A DNA stretch of 64,000 nucleotides. It comes from Candidatus Thorarchaeota archaeon. GTDB taxonomy: Archaea > Asgardarchaeota > Thorarchaeia > Thorarchaeales > Thorarchaeaceae. Shown here piece after piece: positions 46,980 to 56,051 of the stretch. Every line of letters starts with the position of its first letter. Positions within the stretch are counted from its first letter, which is position 1. The stretch covers positions 21,993 through 85,992 of the forward strand of contig JBHLRC010000002.1 in NCBI GenBank assembly GCA_048882965.1, given 5' to 3'. A program made the translations under genes and the position numbers. The notes under the pieces were generated by a model that did no database searches, was not told the DNA's origin, and was given only the letters and a program-made list of their open reading frames with translations.

Positions 46980-48662
46980 GTGAACGCAAAAATCCATGTG
47001 ATTCGTTGTCCCAGCGGACGTTGTGAAACATGTCCTCAGAGAAGAAACAGTGGTTGCCAAAAACTCATACATATCAATGAGCTAAAAGGTATGAAATCAC
47101 AGGTGCTGTTAGTTGAACCCGAGAGAGGATTTCTTCACTTCTGTGAAGCAGGAAGTTTGAAGCAATCTGAACCTTCGTGGATTACTGATGGGTGGGAAAG
47201 TGTATTCATTGGTACTGATAGTGATTTGTTTCAAGAAGTGGATGATATAATTGCTTTGTACAAAGTCGGACCCTATTTGTCTATGTTCATGCTTGATGAG
47301 TATAAGCAGACAATACACGATGCAGTCCCGATAGTGAGAACAGCTCTAGAACATTCACTTGTTGTTGATTTGAGCCAAAAGTCAGTGCAGTTTGGTGATA
47401 AGTCATGTTTCGTAAGGGGAGATTATAATCAGAAATTGAATCAGGATATTGATGACATCTCAAAGCATATTATGAGTTCGATACCTGAGATAAATGAGAT
47501 TACAAGAATCAGACTTTCGGAGATAATTGCGTATCGTCGGAGCATCCTTGGAAAGATTATGCCAATAATTCTTGACGACTCTGTGGAGGAGATATACTTA
47601 GACCGACCTTATGCCCCTATTTATTTCGACCATCAGGAGAATGGTAGATGTGTCACTTCAATTACATTCCAAGATGATGATGTACCAAATATAGTCACAT
47701 TGATTCGATCTGAAAGTAATCTTCACTTGGATCGAAGTAATCCATCTCTTAAGATGGATTTCCAAATTAAGGATGCAGTTTTGCGGTTTTCTGCAAGTAT
47801 GCCGCCCCTTAGTCCGGATGGATTAAGTCTTGAGATACGTAGAGCTAAAAGCAATCCATTCACAATCAAGAACTTAATTGATAATGAAACACTGACTCCT
47901 GAAGCGGCGGCAGTTTTACTTTTTGCAGTTTCTTGTAGATTCAATATCACTATTACCGGAGGTCCTGGGACTGGAAAGACAACTCTGTTGAACGCATTAG
48001 ATATGACAACTCCAAATTGGTGGCGAAAAATCTACATTGAAGACGCGATTGAGAGCAGAGAACAGGCAGCATACCATCAAGTTCGTTTTAGAGTAGATCC
48101 AATGGATGAGTTGTCAATGAAGTTTAGTAAAAGTGAGGAAATTATAAAATGTCTTCATCGGTCGCCAGATTATCTCATTCTTGGTGAAATTCAAACAGCT
48201 GAGCATAGTAGAGCATTGTTTCAAGCAATAACAGCCGGTCTCCGTACTATCCAAACCTGTCATAGTGGATCAGCTGCTAGTCTTATTTCTAGGTGGAAAT
48301 TTGGGCATGGAATACAGGATGATAATCTTGCTTTGATGGATGTTATTGTTACCCTTGACAGACCAAAGCCAGGTGAGTCAAAACGTAGGGTAAGTGAGAT
48401 TATTGAAATACGAAAAAGAGAAGTAAATGGATTATTAGAATTCAACGGATTGAATGTGATATACGATAGTAAGCTGGGAGTGGTTAGTAACTGGGCGGAT
48501 GATGGAGCATTTATGTCACGTGCAAGAGAATCTGGAGTTGAGAGTCATATCCCTGCTTTAGAGAACTTGATTCAGAATATTTGTCAAGACAATTATGTAT
48601 CAAATCTGGGGATGTTAAGTGAACTAATGTGGTCATACGGACATCCTATGTTGTATATTTGA
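46980..48662 (+). CDS. Type II/IV secretion-family ATPase (FlaI/VirB11/TadA-like) with a Cys-rich N-terminus
   Basis: Walker A GGPGTGKTT, IYIEDAIE and ILGEIQ..E..ALFQA..G....T.HS motifs. N-terminal CPSGRCETCP..GC cluster. Confidence 0.8.
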   Translation: MNAKIHVIRCPSGRCETCPQRRNSGCQKLIHINELKGMKSQVLLVEPERGFLHFCEAGSLKQSEPSWITDGWESVFIGTDSDLFQEVDDIIALYKVGPYLSMFMLDEYKQTIHDAVPIVRTALEHSLVVDLSQKSVQFGDKSCFVRGDYNQKLNQDIDDISKHIMSSIPEINEITRIRLSEIIAYRRSILGKIMPIILDDSVEEIYLDRPYAPIYFDHQENGRCVTSITFQDDDVPNIVTLIRSESNLHLDRSNPSLKMDFQIKDAVLRFSASMPPLSPDGLSLEIRRAKSNPFTIKNLIDNETLTPEAAAVLLFAVSCRFNITITGGPGTGKTTLLNALDMTTPNWWRKIYIEDAIESREQAAYHQVRFRVDPMDELSMKFSKSEEIIKCLHRSPDYLILGEIQTAEHSRALFQAITAGLRTIQTCHSGSAASLISRWKFGHGIQDDNLALMDVIVTLDRPKPGESKRRVSEIIEIRKREVNGLLEFNGLNVIYDSKLGVVSNWADDGAFMSRARESGVESHIPALENLIQNICQDNYVSNLGMLSELMWSYGHPMLYI

Positions 48663-48731
48663 TAATAGGAGTACGGGGTGCTCTTTTTTGGGGGCTTTAA
48701 AAGGTGGCAGATAAACATGAGTTCAAGGTGA

Positions 48732-48947
48732 ATGCATTTGAAAAAGGATGATGGTCTTATTCGTAATGAGAGAGGAGGTCCTTTGGTGGAAGAGAGTCTT
48801 CTCCTTGGTCTCGCAGTGGTAACTGTTTCGATTGTAATAGCAGTCATCCTTCAAGCTACAGGATGGGCACAGGATGTTGTAAATGGACTTTTGCAACTCT
48901 TGCAAGATAGCTGGAGTAGTCTAACTCAATTGTTTGGCACACCATGA
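48732..48947 (+). CDS. Flp-like / class III signal-peptide mini-pilin candidate
   Basis: A charged leader (MHLKKDDGLIRNERG) is followed by G-P-L-V-E, placing Glu at +5, and a 20-aa hydrophobic helix (SLLLGLAVVTVSIVIAVIL). It lies directly downstream of the ATPase. Confidence 0.5.
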   Translation: MHLKKDDGLIRNERGGPLVEESLLLGLAVVTVSIVIAVILQATGWAQDVVNGLLQLLQDSWSSLTQLFGTP

Positions 48948-49030
48948 TATCTGATTCTCATTTTGGGGAAAGGCTTATTTGTGAATGTCCTGACGAACCC
49001 TCTCGCGCTCCGGACTGGCTTTCGTTTACG

Positions 49031-49140
49031 GCTCCGGTAGAACATAGTATGTTTCTATACAATGATACCGATTGTAGTCCGGCCCAGCATGGGGGACTCT
49101 CGATCCCCCGACCCGGGTTCAAATCCCGGCCGGAGCACCA
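49031..49140 (+). tRNA. tRNA-Glu (anticodon CUC) with a non-canonical intron of about 32 nt in the D-arm (near position 10/11)
   Basis: GCTCCGG TA G [32 nt] TGTAGTCCGGCCCAGCAT G GGGGA CTCTCGA TCCCC CGAC CCGGG TTCAAAT CCCGG CCGGAGC ACCA. Outside the insert it closely matches the typical archaeal tRNA-Glu sequence as I recall it. Confidence 0.75.
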
Positions 49141-49150
49141 TTTCTAATTC

Positions 49151-51250
49151 TCATCCAACTAGGTATTTTCGTCTTAGAAATGGTACTATTGAGAGCCCAA
49201 TAGATATGGCGAGAACTACTACTAGACCCGTAATACCTACTCCTTCTAGCGATATGATATCAGATGCTGATATTTCAATTAAGAATGAGCCACTGGTTGA
49301 ATGGACTGATTCCGATTCTTCAGAATCGTACGACAAGAAATGGTTTCCACTTGTAGCAGGAATTTTGAGGTGGAGTGTGATAATTCCTCCTTCTTTGCTT
49401 TCAATTGTATCAATTGAATCTAACCAATTGAAACTCACAGTGATTCCCTGTGGGGTTGATCCATTGAGGGCTGTAACTGTTATGTGAACTGATAGTTCAC
49501 GAAGTGAGGGGACTATTTCGTAAAAATCTAGCTCAAGTCGTATGGGCATTTTATGAGTGACATAGAGACTGTAGTCTAATTTGGTTGCTAGCTCAAAGAG
49601 TGCGTTATTTCCGTTATATGATATAGTGATGTTGTATTGGTCTTCTTGGGATGGAGCTGTGAAAATCAGAGTCGTTCCACCAGTGATATTGGTATGAACT
49701 GAGAGGTGACTCTCACCATCAATTGAGAGATGTATTTCTCTGAGTGAAAAATTCCCTGCCCAGTCGTTCATTTGAATCTCGAAGACTATCTCTTGATCGG
49801 GTGAGGCATAATGCTCAACATTGCAAGCTACTAGTAGAATCTCAGGTTTGGACCATACTGTAAGGTTACTAACCAGGCTAGTATCTAATATGAAAGGATT
49901 TCCAGCGAGCTCGATTTTCAGAATATGAACACCTGGCGGACCTTGCAGTTCATACTCAAAGATGGTAGTTATTTCACTCAAGCTGGAGGGTATTGTAAAC
50001 CTTTGATTTGATGTGATATCTAATATTGATATATCGAAATCAGGGATAAGACGATCTAGTAAGTCGGATGCTGATACTTCAATCTCGAAAATCACACCAA
50101 TTTCAACTGATTCTGGCAATGTCACCGTTAGCTGTACTGGAGTTAATATTGTGAGATATGCTTCATAATATGATTCGGAGTATCTTTCAGTTCCATTGTA
50201 TTGTATTTTCAATGTGTGAGTACCAAGTGTGAATCTTTCATCAATATCGGTATGAAAATGAGCAATACCTGAGCTGTTGGATGTAATATAGGAGAGTAAG
50301 TTGTCATCCAAGGTGACTTCCAGAAGCTCGTTTGGCAGTGAGTCGTTTGTATCTGAAAGTTCAATATACAGATTAAAGGATTCATCAAGCATTATTTCAT
50401 TTGGGTGACTACTTTGAGGAATAATTGAGGTTGCAATTTTCGATATATTGACCGTGAACATGGATTCTGATGAATCTAGGAAACTGTCTAAATCTTGACT
50501 GTAAACCACACGGATGTTATTGTCCCCTAGTGTAATCCATGAACTATTACACTTAATTTCAAAATGTGTTTCTCCTGAAGAATCAGTTTTGTTTTTCGCA
50601 AGTAGAGTGTCATTCTTGAAAACAGCAATAGTTGCATCTGGAATGGAACTAGATGAATCGTCGGTTAGATGAACAGAAAATGTCAATGTATCACCAGGAG
50701 CAAGTATGTCTGAAATTTGACTAATGGTAATGTTTGTCGCGGATAAGATAGAAAGGACTGTCCATTGGGCAGAGGACGCTAATGAGAGCGAATCATTACC
50801 ATAGAAGGTTGCATTAATCATCGTCATTCCAAGTGTATGATTCAAAGGAATAGACCATGATATCATTGCGACTCCGTTTGTGTCTGTCTTAGCAGAACCA
50901 AGTGGAATATTGTATGTCTGATCAAAGAAGAATATCCATTGGTCTGGAACTGGGTTTCCATAGCTGCCATTCTGAAGGAGTGTTGCCGTTATTGTGATTG
51001 TGGTTCCTCGAGTTGCCACTATTTCCTCTTCTGCTACAACAGGTTCAGTACTGAATGATGTAACAAAGAGTGCGAGTAGAAAGATGAGTAATATCGAGAC
51101 CCAATATGATTTCCTGATGTTCGTTACCCCCTGGGGGAAGTTATGTTCCGTACTCTTCTGAAGATTCGTCACCAGTTCATCATTCGGTTTCTGGGTTTTT
51201 ATTCTCCTATAGAATGAATATTGCTGGGATGTTTGTTTAGGGGTGTTCAT
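49151..51250 (-). CDS. Multi-Ig-like repeat surface glycoprotein B with a C-terminal TM anchor
   Basis: N-terminal signal-anchor YWVSILLIFLLALFVTSF and repeated Ig-like modules with a PG.H.L.I signature and many N-x-S/T sequons. C-terminal ITGLVVVLAISIGLSIVPFLRRKY. The start is trimmed to MNTPKQ to avoid overlapping the divergent gene. Confidence 0.65.
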   Translation of the reverse strand: MNTPKQTSQQYSFYRRIKTQKPNDELVTNLQKSTEHNFPQGVTNIRKSYWVSILLIFLLALFVTSFSTEPVVAEEEIVATRGTTITITATLLQNGSYGNPVPDQWIFFFDQTYNIPLGSAKTDTNGVAMISWSIPLNHTLGMTMINATFYGNDSLSLASSAQWTVLSILSATNITISQISDILAPGDTLTFSVHLTDDSSSSIPDATIAVFKNDTLLAKNKTDSSGETHFEIKCNSSWITLGDNNIRVVYSQDLDSFLDSSESMFTVNISKIATSIIPQSSHPNEIMLDESFNLYIELSDTNDSLPNELLEVTLDDNLLSYITSNSSGIAHFHTDIDERFTLGTHTLKIQYNGTERYSESYYEAYLTILTPVQLTVTLPESVEIGVIFEIEVSASDLLDRLIPDFDISILDITSNQRFTIPSSLSEITTIFEYELQGPPGVHILKIELAGNPFILDTSLVSNLTVWSKPEILLVACNVEHYASPDQEIVFEIQMNDWAGNFSLREIHLSIDGESHLSVHTNITGGTTLIFTAPSQEDQYNITISYNGNNALFELATKLDYSLYVTHKMPIRLELDFYEIVPSLRELSVHITVTALNGSTPQGITVSFNWLDSIDTIESKEGGIITLHLKIPATSGNHFLSYDSEESESVHSTSGSFLIEISASDIISLEGVGITGLVVVLAISIGLSIVPFLRRKYLVG

Positions 51251-51324
51251 ATGCTTAACGAGGGTACGATGGTTCGGTTCCGTATGTAGCCATTCTTGGA
51301 ATAAACATGATGAGGAGTTCATAG

Positions 51325-54300
51325 ATGCCATTTCGCTTTGCGCAACTAAAAGAAACAGGTTCGGGTTCTGAAAAGTTGTATAGAAGAACATGGATTGAGT
51401 TATTCTGGATGGCTGGAGTAATGATTGCAGTATTCTATTTGTTGCTTGTCTATTTACTACCTTTAACTGGACTTGTTTCTCTGCCAGTGGTTCCGTTCAA
51501 GGGATTTATTGAAGTGGTAATTTGTGTTATTCCAATTGTTACAAGTCTGGTATTGACTGCTAGGAAGATACGTTTTCAAAACCCACTGATTTGCATTGAA
51601 GACAATACATTACTGATTCAGCTTGATGATTATGTTATTGGGACATGTTGTCTTGATATGGAATCTGTGTCGGGTTCAGTATTTTTGGATGAGAATGGGA
51701 AACCAAGGTATAATGAAACTATGTTATTAGCTATGCGTGCAGGAATGGACAAATCAATCACAATGGCTTTTGAGGCAGGTGTAGAGAAAGGAGAACCATT
51801 TCTACATATCTTCATAACTGCAATGGGGCACAGTCCAAGGCACATTCAGGAACTTCTCAGAAGAGAAGCAACAAGAACTGAGGCAATTCTATTATCATCC
51901 CTAAATAATGTAGAGATGAAGCTTCTTGAGGGCGATTCACTACGAAATGCAACTCTGACTCATTTGAGTGGAGTGAGTATAGGAGATCATAGTCTCAGTG
52001 TCAATGAAGAAACAAAATCAACGAGAGTGTTGTTGCTTCAAGGATTGCCACGGTCATATCCAACTCAGGACTCATCTCAGATTGGTACCTTCATTTCTAC
52101 AGCACTTAGACAAGGCTATGAAACAAGTATGACATGTGTTTTTTCAGCATCTAAACCTGGTAAGGAGAAACGTGCACTTGAAAGTCAGTGGAAAAGTATT
52201 CAGGCAAAAGAAAAACGAAAAGAAGAATCATTGCAGGATCATGCTACAAAGAAGAAGCTTGTGTCTCGTTTTGAAGAGATTCAGGATTCAGCTGGTTGGT
52301 TTAATACAACTGTATATTTCAAAGTAAAAACATCGACAAAGAGTGCCATTGAAGCAGATTTAGACGGAGTAAGTGGATTGGTTCTATCAATCTGGGGTGG
52401 TAGTGACTCTATCAAACTTGGTTCTGTGAAATTATCAAGAAGAACAATTTTTCGGATACTGAATCGCCGTCATCTCAAACGTCGACGAATGCACATAGTA
52501 AGATTATCGTCGTTCATCAATACTCCAATTCGACAACTACCTATGCTCACTCCGAAACAAGCACCTGTATTTCCTGTACCTCCAAAGGGAATAGTGGACC
52601 ATGAACTTGTTATTGGTGAAACTATCTTTGAAGGTCGTCGGTTGTCTAAAGTTGGATTGAAAACTGATTGGTTACGTGAACACATTGCCATTCTTGGGGC
52701 AACCGGAACTGGAAAAACAAACTTAGTAAAACAGCTTATGGCACAGCTTAGTGTGAAGACAAATGTACCATGGTGGATATTTGATGTCAAGGGTTCTGAG
52801 TACCTAGGTCTAAAAAATCATGGTGAGTCAGAGATTCTAGTCTTGAAACCTGGTCTTGATAGCTCGTTTTCGTTTAATCTAATTGACCCTGAACTAGTTG
52901 ATGATGAGAACTATACTCATTCTACGTTTGTGATTCTAAGAGAGTTGTTGAATGAGAGAGGGGATTCTTCCGAGTTGTCTCCAGCAATGGAGAAGCTGCT
53001 TCGTGATTCAGTGATGCTTGCTATGGAATCTGTAGATAGTTGTAATTCAGTTCGATCTTTAGTTAGTGCTGTATCAGAACTCTCTAACAATGACCGCATG
53101 GGAAATATGACAAGAGATGCTTTACTTAATCGCCTTGAGATACTCACCCGTGAACCTCTGGGCTCGATTTTTGGAGGAAAGTCAGAAGCAATCCGATTCA
53201 AAGATCTGTTGAATAGGCGTGTTATCCTAGATCTCTCATACGTTGCACGTGTCGGAGGAATGGATTCTGCTAGATTCCTTTACAATCTTATTGCCAAACG
53301 TATCTTTGATAGTGCGATGAAACGAGGTATAATTGAAGGCCTACATCATGTTGTAGTGTTGGAAGAAGCTAGTAATCTGGTACCAGAGAGCTACACAAGG
53401 CACTCTGCAGCTGACGTGACAACTGGGGAATCGATGGTGATGCTACAACGAGCGACAGGCCAAGGCGTAATCGTGGTTTCGACTAGACCTAATATCTCCT
53501 CGAATATTTTAGCTAATACTTTGACAAAGATTTCCTTTCGATTGCCATATGATAGTCAGATTGGTGCTAGATTCCTCTCCTTGAACGAAGGACAGGAACA
53601 GTATCTTCGAACATTGAAACGGGGGAGGGCTTTAATGAGTATACCTCACTCAGAAACTTTTGAGATTGTCACAGAGAAGTTTCATGAGCCAAGAAAAGAA
53701 GATCAAACAGAATCTTCATCCATTGTTGATGTTCCCATTGTAGAAGAATCTGTTTCTAGCAGAAAGGAAGATACACCTGCAACAGATTCAGAGATTAAAA
53801 AACCATCTGATGTTCCCGAGAGTCAGACTCTGGTGTTCAATAGAATTGATAGACTTGGAAGTCATGTCGTAGCATTTCTAGCATCAGAGGGATGGGCAAC
53901 AGAAAGTGAGATTTGTAATCTACTATCTGTCTTAGATTCTAGGGTTGCAGATGATGATATTTCCGAAGTGATTCGTAATCTAGTATCGTTGGGAAGTGTA
54001 GAGAGAGAAGCACTATCTCTTGTTGATGGCGGTTTTGTATATACGCTTCCTGGAAAAGCCATGGGTGCTATCAGACAAATAATTATTGAATATATATCTG
54101 GAAAACTTGGGATTGAGTATAACCCCGTTAGCACATCTGATAATCCTGATTGGCCAGATATTGTATTCGATGACAAGGCGGTAATTGTCATTCCTGAACA
54201 TTTGAGAGCGTCAACAATGAGCTTGACGTTAAATCTGATAAGAAATAAAATGAGCAAGCTTCAGAATGGTGTGAGTGAGCTTTTCGTAGTCGTAAGAGGT

Positions 54301-55110
54301 AGTGTTGCAGCAGCAAAAATAAGGGAAATGATGGATTCATCAGAGGACTTCAATGATGTTAGTGTTGTTTCTGCATTTCCAAGAGCTCTGGACTCAATAA
54401 TTGGGAGCTTGGCTCAGGAATCTGATTCTTCTGAAATCTCCTTAGTCCAGACTAGGTTGACAGAGGATGAGAACTCTAGTGAACATGTAGATTTGATTGA
54501 TGCAATGCATGGTGTAGGGTCTGCCACAAACCGTGCAATCCAGATTCGATTATGGTTTGGTTTGATTCAAGATCTTGTAGACATTTCAAACGGTCAAGTT
54601 AGGTGGGAAGAACTGCTAGAATTCATTGAAACCACTGCTCTTCAGTCATTAAAAGGAAGATCGGCTCCATTGAATATTGAGGAGGGGAAAAGGGCATTAA
54701 CAGAGTTATTAGCTGATGAAGTTCTCATTGCCCTTCGTGTCAATAATGATTCTCGATTCGTCGAGCTTGACGAGGGGCTCTGGTTGGTTAATTCTTCGGT
54801 TCTTAAAGGTTTCAAAGAAAAAGCAATAGATATGATTGAAAAAGAGCTGAAAAAGAAATACTCTACAGTTTCAAGGAATCATGGATACTATGACCTTTGT
54901 GTTGGCGATACTTCTTATGTGATATTTCCAAATCAACAACAATTGAATACTCTTCTTAATTTACATAGTGATGTTGCTTGTAGGACCTGTAAATCAACGA
55001 GAGTAGTCTGTGTTTTGACTGCATCAGAGTATCTAGAAGAGAGTGTGACTACACCAACTAATCTGATTATCAGGACTATGGATGATAATGCATCAGCACT
55101 GGTTACTTGA
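51325..55110 (+). CDS. Membrane-anchored giant HerA/FtsK-superfamily (VirB4/TrbE-like) ATPase with a long C-terminal wHTH-containing extension
   Basis: Two N-terminal TM helices; Walker A GATGTGKT (52696-52719), Walker B HHVVVLEEASNL, STRPN..ILANT motif, and about 500 aa of extra C-terminal sequence. The start could be 51409. Confidence 0.7.
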   Translation: MPFRFAQLKETGSGSEKLYRRTWIELFWMAGVMIAVFYLLLVYLLPLTGLVSLPVVPFKGFIEVVICVIPIVTSLVLTARKIRFQNPLICIEDNTLLIQLDDYVIGTCCLDMESVSGSVFLDENGKPRYNETMLLAMRAGMDKSITMAFEAGVEKGEPFLHIFITAMGHSPRHIQELLRREATRTEAILLSSLNNVEMKLLEGDSLRNATLTHLSGVSIGDHSLSVNEETKSTRVLLLQGLPRSYPTQDSSQIGTFISTALRQGYETSMTCVFSASKPGKEKRALESQWKSIQAKEKRKEESLQDHATKKKLVSRFEEIQDSAGWFNTTVYFKVKTSTKSAIEADLDGVSGLVLSIWGGSDSIKLGSVKLSRRTIFRILNRRHLKRRRMHIVRLSSFINTPIRQLPMLTPKQAPVFPVPPKGIVDHELVIGETIFEGRRLSKVGLKTDWLREHIAILGATGTGKTNLVKQLMAQLSVKTNVPWWIFDVKGSEYLGLKNHGESEILVLKPGLDSSFSFNLIDPELVDDENYTHSTFVILRELLNERGDSSELSPAMEKLLRDSVMLAMESVDSCNSVRSLVSAVSELSNNDRMGNMTRDALLNRLEILTREPLGSIFGGKSEAIRFKDLLNRRVILDLSYVARVGGMDSARFLYNLIAKRIFDSAMKRGIIEGLHHVVVLEEASNLVPESYTRHSAADVTTGESMVMLQRATGQGVIVVSTRPNISSNILANTLTKISFRLPYDSQIGARFLSLNEGQEQYLRTLKRGRALMSIPHSETFEIVTEKFHEPRKEDQTESSSIVDVPIVEESVSSRKEDTPATDSEIKKPSDVPESQTLVFNRIDRLGSHVVAFLASEGWATESEICNLLSVLDSRVADDDISEVIRNLVSLGSVEREALSLVDGGFVYTLPGKAMGAIRQIIIEYISGKLGIEYNPVSTSDNPDWPDIVFDDKAVIVIPEHLRASTMSLTLNLIRNKMSKLQNGVSELFVVVRGSVAAAKIREMMDSSEDFNDVSVVSAFPRALDSIIGSLAQESDSSEISLVQTRLTEDENSSEHVDLIDAMHGVGSATNRAIQIRLWFGLIQDLVDISNGQVRWEELLEFIETTALQSLKGRSAPLNIEEGKRALTELLADEVLIALRVNNDSRFVELDEGLWLVNSSVLKGFKEKAIDMIEKELKKKYSTVSRNHGYYDLCVGDTSYVIFPNQQQLNTLLNLHSDVACRTCKSTRVVCVLTASEYLEESVTTPTNLIIRTMDDNASALVT

Positions 55111-55111
55111 A

Positions 55112-55915
55112 CTATGGCTGAAGTCTTGTACAGATAGTTGGTTTATTTCCTAGAAGAGACTCAAGACGACCAGGCACTGTCAAATTGAAAATGATGATTT
55201 CTCTATTCTCTTCGGAAAGTTCAAGAAGTTCACTTATTTTCTTAGACATTCCACCTGTAACATCTGTGTTAGTTGATGGTCCTGCCTTAGATAAGATATC
55301 TTCTTTGTTCTTTTGATTGATTATGGGAATATGTTTAGCTGCGGGATTCACTTTTGGATTGTCATCCAGAACCCCATCAACATCGGTTCCAATGAGTACT
55401 GTTTTTGCATTCAACTCCTTAGCCAGATATACTGCAATTGTGTCGCCACTGAGAATAGACGCAGTTCTTTCTTCATCGAAACAAACATCTCCGTGAGTAA
55501 TCACAACAAGCTTATTGTCAAGTGATTTTCTGATTATGTTGATAGGATAGTTTTGTATTATACCATTTCTCAGTGTTACAGAAGTGAAAGGAGAAATTAC
55601 TACAGCAGGAATCCCCTCTTTGTTCAGACTAGTTTCTACAGATGATGATAGTGTAGACATATTATGTCGAATTAGTGGGATGCCTTTCAAGAGGAGATTC
55701 TTAGGACTATTTGGATCTGCGTAACCATGTGAATAAGCCGCTTGATGACCATGTGCTCCGCCGCCAAGTATTATTATTAAATCACCACTGTATATCTTAA
55801 GTTCCTTTGCAATTCGGGCTAAGTTCTTATCATTGACCTTCGGAGGTGTTGAGTCTTTATGTGTAATTACTGACCCGCCTAGTTTCACAATAGTGAGTGA
55901 CTTCAATTGTATCAC
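55112..55915 (-). CDS. ipk: Isopentenyl phosphate kinase (amino-acid kinase fold)
   Basis: IVKLGGSVITHK, LGGGAHGH, ITHGDV, GTDVDGV and DVTGGM motifs. Confidence 0.75.
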   Translation of the reverse strand: MIQLKSLTIVKLGGSVITHKDSTPPKVNDKNLARIAKELKIYSGDLIIILGGGAHGHQAAYSHGYADPNSPKNLLLKGIPLIRHNMSTLSSSVETSLNKEGIPAVVISPFTSVTLRNGIIQNYPINIIRKSLDNKLVVITHGDVCFDEERTASILSGDTIAVYLAKELNAKTVLIGTDVDGVLDDNPKVNPAAKHIPIINQKNKEDILSKAGPSTNTDVTGGMSKKISELLELSEENREIIIFNLTVPGRLESLLGNKPTICTRLQP

Positions 55916-56051
55916 ACAATGTCAAGTTGGTGGTCATGCTTATGGACATTGCTTTTCTCAAGGATTAGATTTTGCCACACACAAGACAAGGTTTTTATCC
56001 GGTTCAGATTTGGAAGCGTCGGACACCTCGCCAAAATTGAGGGATTCTTAG

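Noticed and set aside
42217-49140. Integrated element bounded by tRNA-Gly and tRNA-Glu
   Set aside because: I could not find, by eye, a duplicated 3' tRNA fragment for either tRNA (unlike tRNA-Leu), and there is no integrase. The region contains korA. The accessory character of 43-55 kb remains a hypothesis only and needs compositional analysis.
48944-49487. ORFs 48944..49147 (+) and 49062..49487 (+)
   Set aside because: They run through tRNA-Glu and antisense to the C-terminal anchor of surface protein B. Their composition reflects the opposite-strand gene.
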